NCBI GenBank assembly: GCA_038883855.1
Contig: JAVZLH010000001.1
Location: 141,563-205,562 of the forward strand
Direction of reading: 5' to 3'
Length of the DNA: 64,000 nt
From: Candidatus Bathyarchaeia archaeon
GTDB taxonomy: Archaea > Thermoproteota > Bathyarchaeia > Bathyarchaeales > Bathycorpusculaceae
Shown in pieces: positions 9,430 to 18,659 of the stretch. Positions within the stretch are counted from its first letter, which is position 1. The number at the start of each line of letters is the position of its first letter. The position numbers and the translations under genes were made by a program. The notes beneath the pieces were generated by a model. The model was not told the DNA's origin. It saw only the letters and a list, made by a program, of their open reading frames with translations, and did not search any database.

Positions 9430-10437
9430 TTGAAGTTTGAGACTGGGAAAGGGATGCAGAGAAAAAACAAAGCAGAGCGGTCAGAGCTTTACAGGGACCG
9501 TGACGTACAAGTTTTGCTAGGCAAATTTTTAAGCGGAGAAATCAGCAAGCTTGAGCCCGTTTACGACTCACAGGTTGGTTACCGTTACCCAGCGGTTGAG
9601 GAGATAATTGGTGATGTTTCAAAGGTTATGCCTTTTTTGAACAAGCTTTATGAGGCTGGAATCTTAGAGCGAAAGCTTTACGATAAGGTTATTTATTGCC
9701 CAAAATGTGGTTCCGCAAACATTTCTGTTCGTTATTGCTGCCCCTACTGTAAGTCTTTTGATATCCAAAAAAGTTCCCTCATAGAGCATGTCAAATGTGG
9801 GTATATGGATGTGCAAGAGAGCTTCTTGAAAGGGACTGAGATGGTTTGTCCAAAATGTGGTGAGGAGCTTAAAACAGCTGATGTTGATTATAGGAAGGCT
9901 GGAATATGGTGCACTTGTAAGGTTTGCGGGAAAAGTTTTGACATTCCAGTCTCCGTGCACTTCTGTAGAAATTGCCATGAAAACTTCACTTTTGAAGACG
10001 CAAAAATACAGGATGTTTATGTTTACAGTCTCAATGAAGAAGTAAAGGGAGAGGCTCCGCTCATCTGGGTTTTGGTGACACAAATTCAGGAAATGCTAGT
10101 GGAGGATGGCTTTCATGTTGAAAGTCCAGCTTTTATTAAGGGCAAATCAGGTGCAAACCATAGGTTTGACATTGCGGCGTATAAGGACACTGCTGAAAAA
10201 TTGATGGTTATCGATTTTGCATCTTCCGTTGAAAGTGAGATTTCAGAGCAGCCGGTTATCGCTCTTTTCGCCAAAATATTTGATGTTTCTCCTGAAAAGG
10301 CTTACCTGATTGCGGTTCCGAGGATTAATGAGAATGGTAGGAAGATGGCTGAGTTATATAATATTCAGATTATTGAGGCTAGGAATCAGAAGGAAGTTGT
10401 AAAGGCTCTAAGAGAGAAACTGAAAAATAACCATTAA
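9430..10437 (+). CDS. TackOD1 (Thaumarchaeal output domain 1)-like multi-zinc-ribbon protein with C-terminal restriction-endonuclease-like domain
   Basis: GYRYP, then CPKC, CPYC, EHVKCG, CPKC, CKVC and CRNC motifs; C-terminal GKSGANHRFDI. Confidence 0.75.
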   Translation: MKFETGKGMQRKNKAERSELYRDRDVQVLLGKFLSGEISKLEPVYDSQVGYRYPAVEEIIGDVSKVMPFLNKLYEAGILERKLYDKVIYCPKCGSANISVRYCCPYCKSFDIQKSSLIEHVKCGYMDVQESFLKGTEMVCPKCGEELKTADVDYRKAGIWCTCKVCGKSFDIPVSVHFCRNCHENFTFEDAKIQDVYVYSLNEEVKGEAPLIWVLVTQIQEMLVEDGFHVESPAFIKGKSGANHRFDIAAYKDTAEKLMVIDFASSVESEISEQPVIALFAKIFDVSPEKAYLIAVPRINENGRKMAELYNIQIIEARNQKEVVKALREKLKNNH

Positions 10438-13154
10438 TCTATTATGAAAACCGCCATGTTGCCTCTTTCCGTGACTATTTTAACTGTGAATTTATCTTCT
10501 GGCAGTTTTACGCCTGCGAGGACGTATGTTGTTTCTTCTCCCGAGTTTATGAAAAGGTTGGCATTGTAACGTTCATGGTTTGTTTGGCTTATTACCCATA
10601 TGGCTATGATATGCGTTGTTGAGGGGCTGGGGTTTTTAATGTTGATGCTTACTCCGTCGATCGTTGCTTTTAGGGCGAAAAAGTCTACTTCTATGGTTGT
10701 TTGGTTCATGCTTGTTCCGTCATCTGTAAATTGTAAGCGAACTGTACCGTTGCCGCTGACGTAGTCTGCCAAGTTTTCAGTTATGCTGGTTGCGTAATAA
10801 TTCCACTCGTTTGGCATGGGTTGGATTCCGCCGGTGTTGTTAAAGCCTGCGTCGCTGAAGCTTGCAGTTGCCCAATTATATGCTTTTATAAACCATTTTT
10901 CTGAGCCTTCGGTGGCATTGTATCTGAGGAGTATTTCTATGCTTTGTATTTGGTTTAGCGGGTAGCTAAACAAGTCTATCACAAAGTCGTTGTTTACGTT
11001 AAGCCTATAAGTACCTAACACTGTTGCCTCATACTGTATCCAGTCAACTTTAAACTCGAACGGCGTATCCGTAGTTTTTATACATTTAATTTTCAACTTC
11101 CACTCTCCAGCGGCATCTCTGAAGCGTGTTGGACTGGTGGTGACGGTCTGGTTTTCTATAGTATCCGTTATACCAATGGTATCCGCCATGTAACCGTCGC
11201 CACTCGTTGAGTAAGCGCCTATTTCATAATTGTAAAGTTGCAACGTTACGTTAACGTCTGTTGTGGTACAACTGAGGTCAACAGTCCATGTTAAACTGTC
11301 CCACGACACTGTATTAGATGCGCCCGTAAACTCAGCTTCAGCCGTGAACTCTGTTGGGGATCCAAAATTCATGAACTCGATTTCAAAACATTCATATGTG
11401 GTTGTTGCTGTGTTTGATGAAAACATAGTTGAGCCTATCACCGTAAGTGTTGCCCCATCCCAGTGTATTGCGCCTAAGTCAAGAGCGGTTGTTTCTAAAA
11501 CTGCCCCCAAAATTTTGGCATCCCCACTTATGTTGCGGGTGTTCGTTCGCAACTGAACCCACAAGTGAGCATATGCACCCATTGACACATAAGTCGTCCA
11601 GTTTGTTCCCCAACCGGTGGATATGGAGTATGTGTTATAGTGTATTCTTCCAACGGTTGTTCCCCAAACTATTAAGCCTTTGTTTCCTGTTGGTTCCCAA
11701 GCGAAGTCGACGCATCTTGTGGTGGCTGAATCAACTGCATCATCAACTTCATTAACTATGTGAACTCTTGTTGGTGGGTCTGCGGACATGTTGAAAGCCC
11801 AAGCGTTTAAATCTCCGAGGTCGTTAACTCCAGCATACATGACAAAATCGTTTTGTGAGTTTCCCGCGGGGTCGCGTTTTAAGACACTAAAGCAGGCATC
11901 GTTTCCTCCGTCTGGGTCTGGGTCAAAGGATACTCCAGCAGTCCAGTCATCGTCGCCTTGAATGTAGTATTTCCAAGCCATGCTGTTGGGTCCGTCTCCT
12001 GAAACAACCAATATTTTCTTGTAGTACGTGGAGTATTCAATTGCGATTGTTTCTCTTCCAACAGTTGTATATGAAGTGGATATTGTAGTCATTTTCTCCC
12101 ATGAACTGCCATTCCATATTCCCGCAAATGTATCAGCATTTGTGTCATCTTGAAATGCTAAAGCAATCTGATTAGACGCTGGTTGTGGGTTGCTTGCTAA
12201 ACAAACAAATGATATGGTTGGATTTACTGAGGCAACTCCGGCAAAATCTATGTAATATTCGTCGCTCCACGCCGTGCCGTTCCAAATTTTATACCCTAAA
12301 TCTTTTGTGGCCTCTGCAACAACAACATCATATACTAGTAATGCTCTGCCGCTTGCCGTTTCATAAGCTATGTCGTAGGGGCGTTGCGCACCAGTTGGCG
12401 CCGTTGTCCAAACTTGAGCGATATTGTTTGTGGCAATCCATTCTATACCGTTCCAAACGTAAGCGTCAAGGTAACCATCGTCAGAACAAGTTACAACGAT
12501 CCTCTCAAAACTTCTCTCTTCCACGGGGCAAGAAGCAACTCTAACAGTTCTAACGGGACTGCCAGCGTCTGGCATCTCAACTTGCGAACTCCAACCTGCC
12601 GCTTCTCCATTCCACGTCCTCAGTTTAGGCGTATTCAGAGAGGCTGTGCTGTCGCGGTAAACTATGAAGGCGTCGGTTTTTGCTGTTGTTGATGATGCTG
12701 AAACATAGGAACGGAAACGCATGTAAACATTGTCTTCGTTTTGTAAATCGGTTATTGAGCCTGAAACAAGCGTTGTATACCCAAAAAGAGCGTAAGTCGA
12801 GGGATTATATCTATAAGAAATTCCTCCAGTGCCTCCTGTAGTAAACTCTTCTCTGAAAGCTTCGTAAAAATCGTCAATATAGTGGGTGTCCGTGTAAGTG
12901 CCGCTTACCCTAGTTCCAACTTCGATTGTAAACTCTTTTTGAGCTGTGAACCACGGCGAACCAGCTATACGAGTGGCGTTGGTAATCTGCACTGTTTCTT
13001 GCATCCTTTCCAAATCCAACTGGTTCATTTGAAAACTCCAGAGAACGACATTGCCAACAATCATCACTATCAAAATTAAACTTAACATGATGACTATCAC
13101 ATTGCTTATGCCGCGTTTATCGCGTTTAAGGCGCCTTATAATAGCCTCCAGCAT
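10434..13154 (-). CDS. Large pilin-like adhesin with class III signal peptide (about 906 aa)
   Basis: RDKRG/ISNVIVIMLSLILIVMIVG prepilin N-terminus; C-terminal VKIVTERGN resembles the small pilin end; repeated WNG motifs internally. Likely start is the ATG at 13154. Confidence 0.85.
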   Translation of the reverse strand: MLEAIIRRLKRDKRGISNVIVIMLSLILIVMIVGNVVLWSFQMNQLDLERMQETVQITNATRIAGSPWFTAQKEFTIEVGTRVSGTYTDTHYIDDFYEAFREEFTTGGTGGISYRYNPSTYALFGYTTLVSGSITDLQNEDNVYMRFRSYVSASSTTAKTDAFIVYRDSTASLNTPKLRTWNGEAAGWSSQVEMPDAGSPVRTVRVASCPVEERSFERIVVTCSDDGYLDAYVWNGIEWIATNNIAQVWTTAPTGAQRPYDIAYETASGRALLVYDVVVAEATKDLGYKIWNGTAWSDEYYIDFAGVASVNPTISFVCLASNPQPASNQIALAFQDDTNADTFAGIWNGSSWEKMTTISTSYTTVGRETIAIEYSTYYKKILVVSGDGPNSMAWKYYIQGDDDWTAGVSFDPDPDGGNDACFSVLKRDPAGNSQNDFVMYAGVNDLGDLNAWAFNMSADPPTRVHIVNEVDDAVDSATTRCVDFAWEPTGNKGLIVWGTTVGRIHYNTYSISTGWGTNWTTYVSMGAYAHLWVQLRTNTRNISGDAKILGAVLETTALDLGAIHWDGATLTVIGSTMFSSNTATTTYECFEIEFMNFGSPTEFTAEAEFTGASNTVSWDSLTWTVDLSCTTTDVNVTLQLYNYEIGAYSTSGDGYMADTIGITDTIENQTVTTSPTRFRDAAGEWKLKIKCIKTTDTPFEFKVDWIQYEATVLGTYRLNVNNDFVIDLFSYPLNQIQSIEILLRYNATEGSEKWFIKAYNWATASFSDAGFNNTGGIQPMPNEWNYYATSITENLADYVSGNGTVRLQFTDDGTSMNQTTIEVDFFALKATIDGVSINIKNPSPSTTHIIAIWVISQTNHERYNANLFINSGEETTYVLAGVKLPEDKFTVKIVTERGNMAVFIID

Positions 13155-13551
13155 GATTCCCCCTGTTCGTAACGACATCAACATGGTAGACTTCACCTGA
13201 AACCCAAGAACATGAAACATTTAGCCATCCATGCTCCTCCATTTCCAAGTGGAAGGGCGAACTGAAGAGTTGAGGAGTGCCGTTAACGTAAACCCTTGAA
13301 ACGTCAATGGCGCCCTTACCAATGTTGCGGAGATAAACCATTATGACGTTAGTGGAGTTAAACCAGACATCCTCTACCAAAAGGCGCTCGCTCATGTTTT
13401 CCCGAAGATTTGTTGTGACACCATATGTAGAAGTTGTGGCGATTGCCATGGCTGCTACAGCCACGACCATAAGCAAAAGATTGCTTAGAACTGGCGTTAT
13501 AGCACGCTTATCGCAGAAAAATTTTCTAAACTTATCCTTCACCTTTTCCAC
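13126..13551 (-). CDS. Archaeal type IV pilin
   Basis: DKRA/ITPVLSNLLLMVVAVAAM class III signal peptide; C-terminal VDVVTNRGN. Confidence 0.88.
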   Translation of the reverse strand: MEKVKDKFRKFFCDKRAITPVLSNLLLMVVAVAAMAIATTSTYGVTTNLRENMSERLLVEDVWFNSTNVIMVYLRNIGKGAIDVSRVYVNGTPQLFSSPFHLEMEEHGWLNVSCSWVSGEVYHVDVVTNRGNHAGGYYKAP

Positions 13552-13552
13552 C

Positions 13553-14380
13553 TCACAAGAAAAGTTTTAGTGCCACATAACCGCACACCATCATTATAAG
13601 ACTATGTTTTAACCCAGCGCTCATTGTTCCATCGCCCATTTTCCCCGCCACCAGCCCGCTAAAAAATGCTTGGATTGCTGTCATGTGGAAAAATAACCGT
13701 TGCATCTCTTCCGCCGTCATCACGGCCGCGCCAAGCGTCGGCAGCCCCTCTATCGTCGCAAAAAAAGACTTGAAAAGAAGCATTATTGTGAACAAGAAAA
13801 CGAAAAAAGCTACGTAAATTATTGCGATGTAAGGTCTTGTCCGTGTTCGGCGTTCCTTTTCTAACAAAAGAGTCGTCTCTATAAACTTGCCCATTGGGTC
13901 AAAGACTCTTTCAACATGTCCTCCTGAACGCCCAGCCTCAATAATCATGGGAACCGTTCTCTGCATCAAAACCGTGTTAACTCGCCTCCCCAAAGCTAAA
14001 AGGGCATCATCAAAACTCATTCCCCAAGAAATCTGCGCGGTCATTTTCCTCAACTCTACCGTAAGCGGTCCATAATCCCTTTTTGCAGCTTCCTCTAAAG
14101 CTTGAGGCAACGTCATGCCCGTTTGTTGAGCTTGAACAATGCTTCTGAAAAGATCTGGTAAACGCTCATCAACAGCTTTCCTCCATCTATATTCAATGTA
14201 GGTTAATATGGAGGTGGGTGCAATGGCGATTATTGCCGCAAAAAAGACGAGTTCATCAAAAATTTTGCTACCCCAAAACATGAAGTATGCGAATAGAATC
14301 ATGAAAACAGCTAACAAAACAGAGATTGCAAGCGCAAATTTTTTAGTTTTCTTCTCTATTTTCGGCATTTCCGCTACCAT
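13553..14380 (-). CDS. Type II/IV secretion F-family (TadC/FlaJ-like) platform protein
   Basis: LPDLFRSI...GMTLPQAL and GRSGG motifs; multiple TM segments. Confidence 0.9.
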   Translation of the reverse strand: MVAEMPKIEKKTKKFALAISVLLAVFMILFAYFMFWGSKIFDELVFFAAIIAIAPTSILTYIEYRWRKAVDERLPDLFRSIVQAQQTGMTLPQALEEAAKRDYGPLTVELRKMTAQISWGMSFDDALLALGRRVNTVLMQRTVPMIIEAGRSGGHVERVFDPMGKFIETTLLLEKERRTRTRPYIAIIYVAFFVFLFTIMLLFKSFFATIEGLPTLGAAVMTAEEMQRLFFHMTAIQAFFSGLVAGKMGDGTMSAGLKHSLIMMVCGYVALKLFL

Positions 14381-15357
14381 CGTGGTGATATAGCATCCAA
14401 TATTACCAGAAATATTATGGCACCAACAGGGATTCCGATGTAAGTAAGTAAGTTCAGCATAAGCTCAGAGCTTAAACCCTTAAGGAATTCTCCTCCAAGC
14501 ATGGATATAACTGCCAACATTATCACCAAGAGAAGCGGGCCAGTCAATAGAATAGATATGTAAAACTCCGACAGAATAGATAGGGTGTCGGAGAACTTCT
14601 TAAGACTTATTCTTTTCAGTTTCATAAATTGTTTAGATTTTTCACGTAAATATACGGCTAAATTACCGCCAGAATGTATTGTTGAAATAAAACCTTCAAG
14701 TGTTTCTCGAAATACTTCCGATGAGGAACGTTTTGATACTTCTTCAAGAGCTGAAATCACGTCTAAACCGAAAAGATTTATTTTTCTAACAACCTCCCTG
14801 GCTTCATAAGAAATCGCCAATGGCACACTCATGTTTGAAAGCGTATAGAAAATTTTTTCCGGTGAAACCCCAGAGCTGGCGAGAATGGCCATATAACCTG
14901 TTGTAAACGGCAACTCATCTTCCAACTCTCTCTTGAGCTTGTCCGCACGATAGATTGGGTAAAAGTAAAATCCCATGATTGTGAATGCGAAAGCAAACAA
15001 TCCTCCACCGCAACCATAAAGAAGCGCTGGCAAAACTTGCGTGTGAAAGGCAAGAATCCATAGGGATGAAACAAGAACACCAGTTGCAATGGTGATCAGC
15101 ATCGCGGAAAAAACAGTTAAACTGACATAAGCCTTGAAATTAACTTTTATCCCAGACTTATGCAGATTTTGGTCCAAATCTCTAAAAAGGGGCAAAACTC
15201 GATCTATTCTACCGCCTAAAAGTCGAAATGCCAAAGAATGTGGTTTATTAAGCTCTATACTAGGCTTTTTCTTAGTTGCTTCCATTTTTCCCTTAAACAA
15301 TGCTTTGACGCGGATAACAAGTTTCTTGACTTTTTCCAGAACTTTGTTTTCACTCAT
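14374..15357 (-). CDS. Type II/IV secretion F-family (TadC/FlaJ-like) platform protein
   Basis: ELPFTTGYMAILASSG and TIHSGGNL motifs. Confidence 0.9.
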   Translation of the reverse strand: MSENKVLEKVKKLVIRVKALFKGKMEATKKKPSIELNKPHSLAFRLLGGRIDRVLPLFRDLDQNLHKSGIKVNFKAYVSLTVFSAMLITIATGVLVSSLWILAFHTQVLPALLYGCGGGLFAFAFTIMGFYFYPIYRADKLKRELEDELPFTTGYMAILASSGVSPEKIFYTLSNMSVPLAISYEAREVVRKINLFGLDVISALEEVSKRSSSEVFRETLEGFISTIHSGGNLAVYLREKSKQFMKLKRISLKKFSDTLSILSEFYISILLTGPLLLVIMLAVISMLGGEFLKGLSSELMLNLLTYIGIPVGAIIFLVILDAISPRW

Positions 15358-16925
15358 TTTAATCCCATTATAGCCTTTTGGAATATACGGCTTGGGTTAG
15401 AGTAGTATTCGCGAATTATGTTGGCGACATCCATGTAGCGGCGTATTCCAGTGTGCACCATCCATTCCAAAACTGTTTTTCTTCTCTTCAGCTCACGGGT
15501 AACATCATCTTCTGTTATGCCCATTTTTTTTATGTGAGCCTCTATAAACGGGCTTTTTCCAACAGGGATAAGTCTATCTTCTTTTGGATTCCATCGGAAA
15601 ATTTCTTCTGTCAATATTTCTCTCGTTTTCTGGTCTATACCCGCAATTTCAGTAGTTGTGAGGGTTCGTCTCACCGGTTTTCCTTCCACTTCTGTTCTTG
15701 CTACAACCATTATCACGTCGGTCATAGCTATTAGTGACCGTGGAATATTCATGGGTTCAGATTCCAACCTATTTATGACGGCTTCAACCGATTCTGCATG
15801 TATTGTGCTCATTCCAAGGTGACCTGTTGCCATGGCTTGAAAAAGTGTGTATGCTTCTTCGCCTCTAACCTCGCCGACAATTATGTAGTCTGGTCTTTGT
15901 CTGACGGCCGCTTTTAATAAGTCGAAAAGGGTTATTGTCCCGCTCTTTTTGTCTTCATGTCCAAAGCCTAGTCTTGCAACTGATGGTATCCAGTTTTCGT
16001 GTGGAAGGTTAAGTTCTTGTGTGTCTTCTACGCTCACTATTTTCATTTCTGGCTTTATAAACATGGATAAACAGTTTAGCATCGTGGTTTTTCCCGCGGC
16101 CACGCCTCCTGCAACCAGCAGTGAGGCTCTGTTCTCTATGATATACCATAGGTATGCAGCCATTTCGGATGAAACTGTTTTGAAAGCTATCAAGTCTGAT
16201 ATTGTTAATGGGTCGACTCTGAAGCGTCTAATGGTGAATGTTGAGCCTCTACGTGTGACTTCATTTCCATAGGTTAATTGTACGCGACTGCCATCTGGAA
16301 GAGAAGCGTCCAAAATTGGCGAGGCTATAGAAATATTTTTTCCAGCAAGATATGCTAAGCGTATTATGAACGAGTTTAGTTCAGCTTCGTCCTTGAAAAC
16401 TATATTTGTTGGCAAGGACTCGTAGAGCCTATGCCAAACATATAAGGGTATGTTTACGCCATCCGCCGATATATCTTCGATTAGGTGATCCTTCATTAAC
16501 GGGTCTATTTTCCCATAGCCTATGAAGTCTCTGATGATGTAGTAAGTGAGTTTGTCAACGGCCTCTGGCGGAACTTTTATTCGATATTTCCTAATTATTT
16601 CCTTAGTTTTTTCTTTGAGGTAGTTTTCGGCTTTTTCTCTGGTTTCGATATCCTTTAAGTTTACATCTACTTCTTCCATTAAGAGCGTCTTTATTTCTTT
16701 GAGGAGGTTTTCCTCTTCTTTTTTCAGCGTGGGCTCTATGACTTCGTAGACTATCTTTTGGGTTTCTGGGTTTTTTACTATGGCGGCGTAGACGTATGGT
16801 TCTTGTATTGGGTAGATTTCCCGGAATACTGTTGGTTTCTTTCCTTCTTCCTTTATTATTATGTCTACTCCTGACTCTTGCTTTTCCAAAGGGGTTAGCC
16901 TCCTGGTTTTCGTTGGATTTTTCAT
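15354..16925 (-). CDS. Type II/IV secretion ATPase (VirB11/TadA/FlaI family)
   Basis: Walker A GGVAAGKTT, EDTQEL, RQRPDYIIVGEVRG and TGH...TIHA His box. Confidence 0.95.
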   Translation of the reverse strand: MKNPTKTRRLTPLEKQESGVDIIIKEEGKKPTVFREIYPIQEPYVYAAIVKNPETQKIVYEVIEPTLKKEEENLLKEIKTLLMEEVDVNLKDIETREKAENYLKEKTKEIIRKYRIKVPPEAVDKLTYYIIRDFIGYGKIDPLMKDHLIEDISADGVNIPLYVWHRLYESLPTNIVFKDEAELNSFIIRLAYLAGKNISIASPILDASLPDGSRVQLTYGNEVTRRGSTFTIRRFRVDPLTISDLIAFKTVSSEMAAYLWYIIENRASLLVAGGVAAGKTTMLNCLSMFIKPEMKIVSVEDTQELNLPHENWIPSVARLGFGHEDKKSGTITLFDLLKAAVRQRPDYIIVGEVRGEEAYTLFQAMATGHLGMSTIHAESVEAVINRLESEPMNIPRSLIAMTDVIMVVARTEVEGKPVRRTLTTTEIAGIDQKTREILTEEIFRWNPKEDRLIPVGKSPFIEAHIKKMGITEDDVTRELKRRKTVLEWMVHTGIRRYMDVANIIREYYSNPSRIFQKAIMGLK

Positions 16926-17108
16926 GCATGATATAATGTGTAGCGAGTCTTAATAAGTTATATGCACGCCTAATCTTTAGGAAATCTCTTGAACCCCAAA
17001 ACATAAAAAATGCTAAGCGCATTCAAAACCTAAATTTGATAACTTCAAAAGCGTAGCTATTATTGGCATTACCATGAGAATAGTGAACCGACGGGTACTC
17101 TTAACAGT

Positions 17109-17186
17109 TTACTTGTATCTTGCCCTTCTCTTTTGCCTCTTCTTTTTCTGCCGTCGCATCCTTTTCTTTTTCCATTTAGCGCGAAT
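17109..17186 (-). CDS. rpl41e: Ribosomal protein eL41 (eS32), 25 aa, not in the ORF track
   Basis: (I/M)RAKWKKKRMRRQKKKRQKRRARYK*; SD GGGGTG (17200-17195) 8 nt before an ATT. Confidence 0.9.
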   Translation of the reverse strand: MRAKWKKKRMRRQKKKRQKRRARYK

Positions 17187-17207
17187 ATCCCGCACACCCC
17201 ATAATTT

Positions 17208-17807
17208 TCATTCTATTGTGGCATGTCTACGTCGTAAATCCTCCTCTGTTCGCCCCATTCGATGCATCAACTCCACAACCAAACTATCTAGAAAAACCAT
17301 GCAGTTGTTCTCAAAAACACTTCCAAGAGGAGTTAGGGGCTCGCGTTCGCCAATAATTTGCCTTGCTAGGTAATCTTCTTCTTTCGGCCACCCGGTTTTT
17401 GTTCTTCCTTTAATCGTAACTATATGGTCAGCCATTTGACCTAGTGGAGATTCTGGAAAGGATGTTATAGCAATTACTGTTGCTCCAATTTCCTTAGCGG
17501 CTGCGCCCGCGGTTAGAACCATCTTTGTGGCACCTGTTCCTGAAATTGCTATAAGTAAGTCTCCTTTTTCCGCTGCTGGCGTGATGGTTTCACCTAGAAA
17601 GTAGACGTTGAAGCCAAGGTTCATTAGTCGTAACGCAAAGGCTCTTGCAACAAACCCGCTTCTTCCCATGCCTACAATGAAGATTTTTTTATTTTTTGCT
17701 TCAAGTAGAAGTTTAATTAGTTGCTCAACCTCTTTCTCGTTTAACTCTTCAATACTTTTTTTGATTCCGGTGATGATTTCTTCTGCCGCCGCCTTCAGCC
17801 ATTCCAA
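17208..17807 (-). CDS. hxlB: 6-phospho-3-hexuloisomerase (SIS domain)
   Basis: GMGRSG, GETITP, ISGTG, PLGSVFE and C-terminal RHATIE. Confidence 0.92.
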   Translation of the reverse strand: MEWLKAAAEEIITGIKKSIEELNEKEVEQLIKLLLEAKNKKIFIVGMGRSGFVARAFALRLMNLGFNVYFLGETITPAAEKGDLLIAISGTGATKMVLTAGAAAKEIGATVIAITSFPESPLGQMADHIVTIKGRTKTGWPKEEDYLARQIIGEREPLTPLGSVFENNCMVFLDSLVVELMHRMGRTEEDLRRRHATIE

Positions 17808-17876
17808 TTACTTCAAACTCCGAGAACCCATTACATTTTTCCCAGCATTAAAAGTCTTGCGGTTTCAAAGTGCCTT

Positions 17877-18659
17877 TTATTCCAAAAAGCTAAAGAGGGC
17901 TGGAATGCTGACACAAGTTAAGCGAACGTAAATTGCCAGTGTCAAAATTCCAACAGTAATAGCCAATAAAACAAAGTCGCCCTTATGCATTTTCAAGGTG
18001 TAAAGGTTTGTACGTTTTTTGGTGGCACCCCAAGCGCGTGATTCCATAGCTTCTGCCAATTCGAGGCTTCTGCGGATTGCGCTTACGATTAACGGCACAA
18101 GTATAGGAATATAGTTCTTTATTCTCTTAAGAAAGTTTCCGCGTTCCAACTCCAGTCCTCTTGCCTTTTGGGCGTCCATTATTGTTTGAGCTTCTTCAGC
18201 TAAAACTGGGACAAACCTGACGGCGGTTGTGAAGGCAAAAGAAAATTCGTAGGGCACTCGGGCTTGTTCTAGAGCTAAGCCTAGGTTGTCCGGTGATGTT
18301 GTTAGGAAAAATATGGAAAAGGACTCGATGAGCACTATGAAACGCAACGTCATGGCAGCGGCATTTTCCAAACTCTCCGCTAATCCCTTCGCTCCAAAGT
18401 ATGCAAACAAGAAGTTTGTTAAGAAAATTATTAGGGCCAAGAAAGTTGCACCTCGTAACGAGCGGAGCCACTCCCGTTGAACACCCGCCAATAATACAAA
18501 GGGAATCTGCATAACAAACAGCACTAGTAAAGGCAACAGTTCACCAAAAATTATGGCAACAACAAATATCACGCACACATATATGAATTTTATTCGCGGG
18601 TCTAAGTTGTGGATTGGTGAATGAACTTTGCGGAATTTGAGTCCGTCAAACACGCTCAT
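17877..18659 (-). CDS. ecfT: ECF transporter transmembrane component T
   Basis: LDPRIK, AQKARG and AMESRA motifs. Confidence 0.92.
   Translation of the reverse strand: MSVFDGLKFRKVHSPIHNLDPRIKFIYVCVIFVVAIIFGELLPLLVLFVMQIPFVLLAGVQREWLRSLRGATFLALIIFLTNFLFAYFGAKGLAESLENAAAMTLRFIVLIESFSIFFLTTSPDNLGLALEQARVPYEFSFAFTTAVRFVPVLAEEAQTIMDAQKARGLELERGNFLKRIKNYIPILVPLIVSAIRRSLELAEAMESRAWGATKKRTNLYTLKMHKGDFVLLAITVGILTLAIYVRLTCVSIPALFSFLE

Noticed and set aside
9144-9440. 98-aa plus-strand ORF in the track
   Set aside because: It is the antisense shadow of the Cys-rich microprotein on the minus strand.
17074-17373. 99-aa plus-strand ORF rich in Phe/Leu
   Set aside because: It is the antisense shadow of eL41 and hxlB.
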